A stretch of DNA of 63,397 nt, filler included, from Octopus bimaculoides (Eukaryota): NCBI RefSeq assembly GCF_001194135.2. It is 4 parts of 4 records of this genome, joined end to end, with 100 filler letters (N's around TTAATTAATTAA, not from the genome) between each part and the next. Parts side by side here need not be neighbours in the genome. Positions count along the whole stretch, not along the records: positions 1 to 29,867 come from NC_068991.1; 3 more parts are not named here. One strand, written 5' to 3'. This document shows positions 1-10,448 of this stretch, piece after piece (within the stretch, counting starts at the first letter, position 1; each line of letters begins with the position of its first letter). The notes beneath the pieces are model-generated. The model worked only from the letters and a program-made list of their open reading frames with translations. It had not been told where the DNA came from and ran no database searches. Made by a program: the position numbers and the translations under genes.

Positions 1-978
1 TATTTGAGCTGAGTCCGAACTTCCCATAGGAACATCAAAAGCCTCCGGAGTATCCTTACGGATCCAAAGTTTATTGTTAAATTTAATGATAGATTTACGA
101 GCCGCTAAAATTACATTAATTTCATCCCTAGAAAGACCTGCTTTATTGTGTGCGAACCAAAGCGCTTTGTTAAGGATAATAGAGGAGTAGAAACTAGAAA
201 TGTCAAACTGTATAAATTTGGTATTATTCTTATCTTTAATTGAATTAAACCAATCTATAACTTGAGAAGAATTAGACCAAAGATTCAGTTTTAACTTATT
301 AATTATAGTGGGTATATATTTGTCCAGAATGTTTTTGCTATGAATGCCTAAGTCAGACCTAGAAGGACAAATAAGACGTAGAGAAGGGTTGGACCAAAAA
401 TTTATCTTATGGTCCTTAAGAACAAACCGAGGTTGCTTAGGGACCATAGGTTCAGTCCTATCTTGCAGATTGTATTTGAACATAATTTCCTTAGCATCCA
501 GGTTAGCTTCCCGTAGAATATTGTTGTTGGTAGTCTTATAGTTTTTTTCTATCTCTTTCTTCAGTAATTCCATGTAGTTATCTTTAGACAGTTTGTATAA
601 ATTTCCAGTTTTATCCGACTGAACTAATAATCCTTTGGTTCGATTGATTTTCTTGGTAATGTTGTGGAGGTACCTAAGATGACTGTTCCTGAGAGGAGAG
701 CAATGAAACTTAATATTCCTTACTATAGACCAAATGTCCTCTTCAAATTTATCCAACTTTGGGTTAGACGGGGGAGAATTCCTCGATTTGAAAAGACTCT
801 TAAAGTTCAAATTAATATCCTTTTTGTTATTTGGTATGTTCTTAGTATCATGGAAATAGGTCTTCCATCTAATTCTGTTTAAAAAGGAGTTAGTCTTGCT
901 AATGAGTAATTTGATGTAAGTATTCCTTGGTGGAATAGGAATATCTTTAAGGGATGCGTTTATGTCGATAAGCTCCAT
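1..978 (-). CDS. Penelope-like element (PLE) ORF, N-terminal and RT portion, open to the window edge
   Basis: Hand translation from ATG at 978 gives 326 stop-free codons: MELIDINASLKDIPIP...RIRWKTYF...QSDKTGNLY...LKDHKINF...FIQFDISSFYSSI...FDVPMGSSDSAQI. These match PLE RT motifs. Confidence 0.9.
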   Translation of the reverse strand, partial: MELIDINASLKDIPIPPRNTYIKLLISKTNSFLNRIRWKTYFHDTKNIPNNKKDINLNFKSLFKSRNSPPSNPKLDKFEEDIWSIVRNIKFHCSPLRNSHLRYLHNITKKINRTKGLLVQSDKTGNLYKLSKDNYMELLKKEIEKNYKTTNNNILREANLDAKEIMFKYNLQDRTEPMVPKQPRFVLKDHKINFWSNPSLRLICPSRSDLGIHSKNILDKYIPTIINKLKLNLWSNSSQVIDWFNSIKDKNNTKFIQFDISSFYSSIILNKALWFAHNKAGLSRDEINVILAARKSIIKFNNKLWIRKDTPEAFDVPMGSSDSAQI

Positions 979-999
979 TATTGGTAACCATTAAATTAG

Positions 1000-3194
1000 C
1001 AGGCTATAGTGAAGACTGTAACAATATATTAGTTTATGTATATATTAATATTATCTCAGTTTAAAAAAACTTTTGACAATGTAAATATGTTAATAGTTAC
1101 CATAGATAGCAAAAATTACACCAAAAAACCAAGATATCACAGCCGTTTTATAGGTAGAGATACCAAGTTAAGGTGATACATTTTGAGAAGATATGAATAA
1201 TAACAATAAATGGAGCAAAATGCATATAAATAAAAGTTCCTTTAATTCCTACACATGTTTCAAAATATATGTGAGCTCTTCTTGTATATATATATATATA
1301 TAGATGTGTGTATTTTTTCCTTGTTAACAATTAACACGGAAAAAATAGATAAATAATTACCAGGATAGCAAAAAATTACACAAGTAAAAAGGGTGTAACT
1401 CCTTGTTTTTAAAGGTAGAAACTCCGGGTTTACGTGAAATATTTTGTATGATATATATAAATAAATAAATGGAGTTAAACGCAGTTATTATTCAAATTCT
1501 TTTACTTCTGACACATGTTTCGAAGATATCACTAGTATTATTCCAAAGGAATAAAATGGTGTAAAACAATGTAATCTTCTCTTCAGGGAAATGAAGGAAT
1601 GAAACTTGTCAATAAGACATTTTAACAGAATATGATGGATGTGTATAGTGATTAACTGAACGCTATTAAGTTAAAAAAAAAAAAAAACGTTAGAGGATAT
1701 AACGTCAAAGGTAGCCTATAGAAAGCGGAGGGGTAAAGGAAGGAAAAAAACCAAATAAATTAGAAGTATATAATGATATGTAAATTAAATAAAACCCCAT
1801 AGTTATGGAAAAAGATATATCTAGTGAATGTGAAATGTAAGTAGAAAATTAATGTTTAAATTATATATAATGATAGATCACTTATATAAACTAAAGGTGT
1901 GTTTCTGCCAATGTTTACATCGGTATGCATTCTCTATAACCGCGTTTACAAGGGGATTTTTTTAGAAAAAGGAATGAAAAATAGTTCAGAATTACAGAGA
2001 AGACAGAATTCCTTGCCTTTATCATAAGGTATCGAAATTGAGAGAATCAACCAATTTAAATTAAATTGTTTATTGTGGTCTTTTAGATACCAAATTAATT
2101 TACTAAGCCCTGTACTGTTATGTTTATTCCTATCCTTAAATGTAATGATTAGAAATTCTTTTAGATAACTGAGATGAGCTGCCTATATAAAAAAATACAT
2201 CGTTGCCTGCAGTAATTTTACACTGGTATATAGAATATTTAATTTTAGAGTTACTTAACATAAACTTGATTCTGTTGTAATTGATTTCAGATACAATAAC
2301 CTTGTTATCAATATTTCCAGGGGGATGGATGGTATTAGCTAAATTAATGTTGGTATTAGTAAATGTATCCTTATCTAACTGGCTAATATTATGTGAGGAG
2401 ATAATTTGCAAGAGATTTTTTGTGTTGGAAAAACCAATCCTAACCGCGTGTGAGTTGCTAATAGCGTAATACCTAGAATTCTTTGGAAAATTCCTAATAA
2501 TAGCTTCATGAAACTGCAAAGGATGATTAGATTTAATTTGCCTCCCATAAAGAATAATTAACCAAATAATTTTACTATTAGTTACCTTATTTTTAGTGTA
2601 ACTATCTTTGAAAGACATAGATTTACCTTTAGAATGGAAAAAGAGGTTTAAATAAGGGTTATATCCCTTCCTCTGTTTGGTGTTGGCGTATAAATTAAAA
2701 TTGATATCGTTATATCCTTACAACTAGATTTTGTGTCCCCATTAGTAAAGGTAGAATAAAATTGAATGGAATTAGTGTAGGTAACTTTCTCTGTATAACC
2801 TACTTTAAGAAAGGCATAGTTATAAAATTCGGCCTTGTCTAAGTTATCATTTAGATAACTTAGACAATCTAAATGAAATATTCTTAACTAAGTTCCTAGT
2901 AATTGCCTTAGAATGATTACTGAATTTGCTAATATACTTAAGATTGGTCGATGGTTTGTGGTATGGGAAGTACGAATTATTGTACAAGTTAAGTGTAAAA
3001 TCTAAAAAGTTGGCCTTCGTTACATCATCATCAAAAACGATGCTTAAGCCCATTCTAACTTAACTAAACTATTCTTAACTTTTTGTACATTGTTTTACAC
3101 CATTTTATTCCTTTGGAACAATACCAGTGATATCTTCGAAACATGTGTCGAAAGTAAAAGAATTCGAATAACAACTGCGTTTAACACCATTTAT
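1000..3194 (-). mobile_element. 5'-truncated upstream PLE copy (RT thumb, GIY-YIG endonuclease, 3' UTR/pseudo-LTR) in partial tandem with the ORF at 978
   Basis: ORF 2847-3053 (ANFLDFTLNL..YFPYHKP..SNH) and ORF 2136-2618 (SIYQCKI..FYIGSS..KRISNH), then LSKLIWYLKD..FCLLCNSE. Frameshifted. Confidence 0.85.
1505..1591 (-). ncRNA. Type I hammerhead ribozyme motif in the PLE 3' region
   Basis: Minus strand reads CTGAAGA (1586-1580), stem II GAAGAT/ATCTTC (6 bp), GAAA (1521-1518), stem III AC-ATGT-GT, cleavage triplet GTC (C at 1510). Stem I is ttcc/agaa with one mismatch. Confidence 0.7.
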
Positions 3195-3230
3195 ATATAT
3201 ATATGTGTGTATGTGTGTGTGTGTGTGTGT

Positions 3231-5792
3231 GTGTGGATGGTGCAAAGTCCCCTCTCGATCCAAGGCAACCTGGTGGTGGAACAATGTAGTTGACAGGGCT
3301 ATTAGGGAAAAGAAACAGGCATGGAAGAACTGGAAGAACAGTGGTAGCAAAGGAATAGTATCGGATTGCCAGAAGGAAAGACAGGTTCATTTAGCCAGAG
3401 GGGAAGCAGATAAAAAAAACTTTGCCATTGTTCTGCGTCATGAGAACCAAAGACTTGAGGTGTTTCGTATTGCAAGACAGTGTGTGAGAGTGAATCATTA
3501 TGTCATAGGAGAGACACCACTATGAAAGGTTGCTCAATAAAGAGAATGAATGGGAGAAAGAGAGTCTGCTGAATGTCGACCCAACAGAGGGACCAGCTAT
3601 CCGAATTGACAGTACCTTGGTAGATAAAGCAATTAGGAGTATGAAAACAGGGAAAGCCCCTGGCCCATCAGAAATCACTGCAGAGATGCTCAAAATATCT
3701 GGCAGTGTCGGCTATAGCCTAGTCACCCGTATAGTTAACCAGGTGATATACAAAGGAGTCATACCCAATGACTGGTGTAGCAGCACCATAGTCAACTGCT
3801 ACAAAGGTAAAGGTGATGCTTTAGATACAAATAATTACAGAGGTACCAAGTTGTTGTATCAGGTAATGGAAGTCACGGAGAGGGTCATAGCCCAACTAAT
3901 TAGGGAGAGAGTCAGTTCAGATGAGATGCAGTTTGGGTTCGTGCCACGGAAAAGCACCACTGATGCTATATTTCTGGTAAGACAGCTACAGGAGAAATAC
4001 CTTGCTAAAGATAAACCTCTGTACCTGGCTTTCATTGACATGTAGAAAGCCTTTGACAGTGGTCAATGAGGAAACTAGGGATAGAAGAATGGTTAGTGAG
4101 AGCTGTGCAAGCTATGAACAGGGATGCTGTCAGTAAGGTGAGGGTTGGCAACGAGTACAGTGAAGAATTCCGGGTAGAGGTAGGGGTCCACCAAGGTTCA
4201 GTCCTCAGCCACCTCCTATTTATTCCTCCAGGCAATAATAGAGGAATTCAAGACAGGATGCCTCTGGGAGTGCCTCTATGCTGATGACCTTGCTCTAATT
4301 GCTGAGTCACTATCAGAACTAGAGGAGAATCGAAGGGCCTTAGAGTCACCTAGCTAAAACCTAAGTCCTAATAAGTAGGAAGGTAGACAAACCACAAACT
4401 CCTTCAGGTAGATGGCCGTGCTCAATCTGTAGAAAAGGCATAGGTAGAAACTCTATAAGATGTACCCAGTGTAAGCTATGGACACATAAGAGGTGCAGCA
4501 ATATCAAAGGAAGGTTAACTAGTAAGATAGTTTTTGTATGTGGCAGATGCTCAGGAGTAATAAACACTGAAAATGTGCAGAGAACAACTTCTGCCACATT
4601 CCAGGGAGGGAAACTAGAAGTAGTTGATAGCTTCCATTACCTGGGTGACCAAGTCAGTAGCAGGGGAGGGTGAGCAGAAAGTGTAGCTGCTATAATATGT
4701 ATAGCCTGGGCAAAGTTCAGAGAGCTCTTACCTCTGCTGGTGACGAATGGCCTCTCGCTCAGAGTAACTACATGGCAGTGAAACATGGGCTGTGACTGCT
4801 AAGCACATGCGTAAGCTCACAAGGAATGAAGCCAGTATGCTCTGATGGATGTGTAATGTCAGTGTGCATACTCGACAGAGTGTAAGTACCTTGAGAGAAA
4901 ATTTGGACCTAAGAAGAGAGACGAATGTGCTGGTATGGTCACGTGGTGAGAATGGATGAGGATAGCTGTGTGAAAAAGTGCCACAGCCTAGCGGTTGAGG
5001 GTACCTGTGGAAGAGGTAGACCCAGGAAGACCTGGGATGAGGTGGTGAAGCACGACCTTCGAACATTAGGCCTCACCGAGACCTTTGGAAATATGCTGTG
5101 CATGAGAAGACCTGGCAAGACAAGTGAGACCATAACCTGTGGCCTTTACCAAGGGTGTAGCTAGCCCACTTATGTGTACCTTTCCTTCTTTGGACACTAA
5201 ACTCTGCTTGCGAAGACTTGTTGAGGCAAGTCAAATTGAAATCGAACCAAATTTGACGACTGGCACCCATGCCAACCTTCCTTCATTGGACACTAGACTG
5301 CTTGCGAAGACCTGTTGGGGCAAGTGAAATCGAAATTGAACTAAATTCAATGACTGGCACTAACAGCACCATCCGAGCAGGAACACTGCCAGAGCAGCTG
5401 TCTGGCTTCCGTGCCAGTGGCACATAAAAAGCACCATTCAAGTGTGATCATTACCAGCGGCGCTTTACTGGCACTTGTGCCGGTGGCATGTGAACAAAAC
5501 ATTCGTGCGAGGTAGTTGCCAGTGCCGCTGGACTGACTCCTGTGCAGGTGGCACGTAAAAAACACCATTTGAGTGTGGCTGTTGCCAGTACCGCCTGACT
5601 GGCCTTCATGCCGGTGGCATGTAAAAGCACCCACTACACTCTCGGAGTGGTTGGCGTTAGGAAGGGTATCCAGCTGTAGAAACTCTGCCAGATCAGATTG
5701 GAGCCTGATGTAGCCATCTGGTTCGCCAGTCCTCAGTCAAATCGTCCAACCCATGCTAGCATGGAAAGCGGATGTTAAACGATGATGATGAT
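3231..5792 (+). mobile_element. RTE-clade LINE, 5'-truncated and decayed (RT to 3' end), inserted in a (GT)n tract
   Basis: ORFs 3205-3525, 3530-4045 (KAPGPSEITAEMLK..YRGTKLL..QFGFVPRKSTTDAIF..LQEK..AFID), 4066-4284 (GVHQGSVLS), LYADDL at about 4275, and 4925-5164 (WYGHVVRM..GRGRPRKTW). Ends in a (GAT)n tail near 5790. Confidence 0.9.
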
Positions 5793-6049
5793 ATTTACAT
5801 TTTTAGTGTTTTCTTGTTATCTGAGTTATTAAAAAATGGTTCAAATTTAGATTTCTTGGCCTTTTTAGAAAGAATTTTTTAGGGTTTGCCAAGCAAGGGA
5901 GAAGAAAAAAAATTTTTGAGCAGGGGGGGGGGGTAAAGAGGCATGGCTTTTGTACTGTCAGACTTGTTTAGCACTTAGTGGTCTTTTATGGGAGACAGGT
6001 CAAGATTCCTAAGCAACATAATGGGAGCAACTACTTTTAGTGTGAAGTT

Positions 6050-7230
6050 ATGAGTTGGCATCCCAGTGGGTGTGTGTTCAAAAATTCAACAGGGTATTGA
6101 ACAACATGATCTTAATCGACTGTTGACAATTGATTGAAAAGTCATTTCTGATGTATCTGTTAACTTTAGAAGACATTCATGATTGAGTTTATCAACCATT
6201 TCATTAGCTGGAGCTATTGACAAATAAATTAGGAAATACTTTATCCATAAGATCCCTAAGAGAAAGTATCATTTGATCGTATGTAATTTTCCATAGCTGA
6301 AGTCTGGAGCTGAATGTTAATATCCCATTACCAGTCTTAAGAAGCTCGTATGATTACCTTGATGTTGCTTGCATGGTGAAGTGTTTTCACATGTCTCCAA
6401 AGATACAAATTTTTGAAGCATTAGCATTTGATCGTCTAGGGATAATTGGCAACATTTGATGAAAATTTCCGGCAAGAACTGTTGTTTTTTTGTATTGAAA
6501 GGTATGGTCAATTACCTCTGGAGCTCCATCATATGACAGTCACTCATCTCAAACAATGAGGCAAGTTTGTTGGAGAACTGTTGCTAGTGCAAAGTTTTTT
6601 GGAAATGTTGCACATTTGAGATTCTTTCATTGCAAGGTTTAGATGGAGCTTGTATTGCGGCCACCCTCCTCAATGAGGGGGGTGGCTACAATACAAGAGA
6701 TGCAACACTGGAGGAAGCTTAGATATTATTTCCTCCCATTTAGGATTGCTGGTGAAAGTGGCAAAAAGACCAGGTTTTCCATATGTCCTGACATATAAGC
6801 ATCTTGTGTTCGTTTGTGCATATATCGAGGACCACCTGTGAATGATTACGGGAGGATTATAAGTTGCCTCATGTTTTGAATATCACCATCTTTCCTTAGA
6901 GCATCTTTGAGATGAACATAATTGTTACGGAATAGATCATGATACATGTGTAATTGATTTGATCGTTTGTAATTGACTCTCCAGCTACATGTTCAATCTG
7001 TGGAATATTGAAATGATACCCATTTTGTCCATTCAAGAAAAGAGGATACTGAAGAGCATCATAAGAGGGATGAGTTTCTGTAACACATTTATGTTCGTTA
7101 TCTTGAGCATGAATCACATACCTATGGATGGCTACATCATTAGATGTGGGCTCATTAATATGGTGTAAAATGTCCTTTACTATTGACACAACAAATGCAG
7201 AAACACACACACACACTCATAGAATTGATA
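6050..7230 (-). mobile_element. Helitron Rep fragment (decayed)
   Basis: ORF 6896-7216 contains HPSYDALQYPLF..G..GYHFNI, a Helitron Rep motif. Downstream frames are broken. Confidence 0.7.
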
Positions 7231-7606
7231 ATATTGAAGACAGCAAAATGTACACACAAGTTCAGGCGATGTGTAGATGTCTGAGGCCTAATGTATAAAA
7301 ATTATCACAGTTGCACACACATACTGTCTGACATGCACATACTAAGACAGACACAGAGAGACATACATTCATGCACACCTCAGGCATATCTCTGTTCTTC
7401 TAGGTCTCTCCCTCTTTAGATGTGTAGGTGTCAGTCATCACAAAAATGTATGTATATTCACATACATACTGAAAATGTTTATTTGGCAGCCAAAAGATTA
7501 CTGAATCTTTTGATACCTCATTTGTCAAAAATCAGCAACTAAGTTTTCAAATGTGTACGGAACATACACACACACAAACTCTGCTTTAAGATATACATAC
7601 ATATCC

Positions 7607-7990
7607 TTTCTTTTATTTTTTTACTTGTTTCAGTCATTTGACTGTGGCCATGCTACAGCACCACCTTTAGTTGAACAAATTGACTCCAGGACTTATTCTT
7701 TTTAAGCCCAGTACTTATTCTAATGGTCTCTTTTGCCCAACCGCTAAGTTATGGGGATGTAAACACACCAACATCGGTTGTCAAGCAATGGTGGTGAGAC
7801 AAACACAGACATATATATATATATGTACAATGGGCTTTTTTCAGTTTCTGTCTACCAAATCCACTCACAAGGCTTTGATAGGCCTGAGGCTATAGCAGAG
7901 GGCACTTGCCCCAAGATGCCATGCAGTGGGACTGAGCATAGAACCATGTGGTTGGGAAGCAAGCGTCTTACCACACAGCCACTCTTGCCC
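7607..7990 (-). mobile_element. tRNA-derived SINE (octopus family), CpG-decayed copy
   Basis: Head GGCTGTGTGGTAAG..CAACCACATGGTTC..CAGTCCCACTGC plus a body shared with 47600-47971. Confidence 0.8.
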
Positions 7991-7999
7991 CTATGTATG

Positions 8000-8046
<47 letters not shown>

Positions 8047-8071
8047 ACATATATGCATATATATATATATA

Positions 8072-8319
8072 CATCATCATCGTTTAACATCTGCCTTCCA
8101 TGCTAGCATGGGTAATACATACATGACTGGCCCCGTGCTGGTAGCATGTAAAAGCATCCACTACACTCTTGGAGTGGTTGGTGTTAGGAAGGGCAACAAG
8201 TTGTAGAAACCTTGCCAAATCAGATTGGAGCCTGGTGCAGCCTCCCAGTTTGTCAGTTCTCAGTCAAACCATCCAATCCATACCAGCATGGAAAGCGGAC
8301 GTTAAACGATGATGATGAT
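8072..8319. repeat. RTE-associated 3'-tail repeat flanked by inverted copies of its terminus
   Basis: 8072-8112 is approximately the reverse complement of 8278-8319 (..CATGGAAAGCGGACGTTAAACGATGATGATG). The interior resembles 5615-5790. Confidence 0.7.
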
Positions 8320-8342
8320 ACATATATATAGATATATATATA

Positions 8343-10448
8343 CAAGCATACCTTACCCCCTCATTAATTGGTTCCAGGAGACAAGTTGAATTAGCTTGTC
8401 TCTAGGCTAGGCTGAATTTACTTGTCTCTAGGTTAAACCGATAATAACCATTTCCAGTTCTGTACTTTATTTATGAATGCATTTTCAATAATATATCATT
8501 AATAAAAACCTATTTTAAGCTTACAAACAAATAATTTCTTTGTTTTAATACAGTACAGTAAAAAAACAAGTAATCTAAATTTATAAATACATTTTGGCAG
8601 TGTCTACCGTACATCATGGGTGCTTTATTTATGAATGTGGTTTGCAATAAGACATGGTAAAATAAAAGCCTTTTTTAAGCGTAAAAAACAAATTCAGCAA
8701 TTGTTATTATTTTGGAATAGTAAAAAAAACTAAATTATTTTTAAATAACCAATATGTACATACAATTTTGTGGTTTACATTGCGGATGTAGATGGCTGTG
8801 GTTTGTCAGCATCAACAGCTGATTCTGGATGTTCTTGCTGTTTGATGCGCTTAAAAAAACGATTGAGAGTTCCTTAACCTGTCTTCTTTTCCTCAAGGAT
8901 TATATTATAAGGCGCAAAAACTTCGTGACAAGCCCCCATAATTTTGGAAAAGCGTTGAGCATTTGGATCCGTATCCTCGAACATAGAAAGATAATTTTTG
9001 ATATATGCAAATGCTTGCTGCATTTTCTTATATCTTTATTTTGCTGCTCATGAAGCTCTATCAAATCCTCATTAGTCAGAGGCTACTTGTCTTTCAAATA
9101 AATGTGTGAAATCTTTCTCCTCCAAATCCATTTCCAGTTCTTTGCTCATGGCCACCAACGTTTTGTTGATTGCAATATTATCAAACTCCTTAGAATCATT
9201 CAGGAATTGCGGGCATAACTTCTTCCATACACCATTCATAGCCATGCTCTGTACATCATTCCATATCTCTTCCAAAAGTCACGAAATAACACTTGAAGAT
9301 ATCAATTATTCCCTGATCCATTGGCTACAGAAGAGACATGGTGTTCAGAGGGAGGTATACGATGGTAACGTTAGGGTCAAAATCTATGGTGTTGTGCAGG
9401 TAGCCAGGAGCATTATCTAAGATAAGTAAAACCTTAAAAGGAATCCCCCTCTCCTTACAGTACTTCTCTGCTACTGGGATAAAATGACTGAAGAACCAAT
9501 CTTGAAAAATAACAACAGTAACCCATGCTTTTGAATTAGCCATCCATATAACAGGAAGAGATGCCTTGGGTATGTTCTTCAGGGCACAGGCATTGTGTGC
9601 ATGATATACAAGCAATGGCTTTAACTTAAAATCTCTTGCACAATTATCTCCCAACATAACAGTCACACATTCTTTTGAGACCTTGTAACCTGGAACTGTT
9701 TTCTCCTCCTTGGAAATGAATGAATGGTCTGGCAATTTTTTTCCAATACAATCCAGTTTCAACTACATTAAAAATCTGTTTGGGAAGAAACCTGTTTTCT
9801 TCAATGATTTTCTTTAATGCATTAGGAAATTCCACTACTGCTTGTTCGTCAGCTGATACACTTTCACCTTGCTTCTTAATGGAGTGATAACTTCTTCGCT
9901 CCTTAAATCTCACGAACTCTCTTTGACTTCTTATTTAGATATTTTTTTCTTCAGGTCCTCAAACAAAAACAATGCTTTCTCTTGAATGATTTCTTGACTA
10001 ATAGTAGCATGCTGACAATTCAACCTAACAATCCAAAGAGAAAGAAGACTTTCCATTTCTTCAAAGATTTTGCCTCTTTTCTTATTGATGACAGTGTTCT
10101 TCATCCCTGGGGCTTCAGATTTGATATGTGCTAAAATCTTGTCCTTATTATGTACTATCATTGATACAGTTGTCCAACTCATCCCAAAAGATCGAGCAAT
10201 TGCTACCACTTTTTCACAGCATTTTATCACGACCAGTTTATCTTTAGTTTTTTTTACTATTCCAAAATAATAATAATTGCTGAATTTGTTTTTTACGCTT
10301 AAAAAAGGCTTCTATTTTACCATGTCTTATTGCAAACTGCATTCATAAATAAAGCATCCATGATGTACGGTAAACACTGCCAAAATGTATTCATAAACTG
10401 AGATTATGAATGCTTAGCACTTTCACTATGAATTTTCTTAGGAGCCAT
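8343..10448 (-). mobile_element. Tigger/pogo DNA transposon, decayed transposase
   Basis: Start MAPKKI at 10448. ORFs 9931-10230 (CENP-B HTH: EMESLLSLWI..IQEKAL..LK), 9644-9913, 9325-9762 (DDE_1: KLKPLLVYH..ANSKAWVT..LILDNAPG) and 9072-9275. The left boundary at TA-CAAGCATACC is approximate. Confidence 0.85.
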
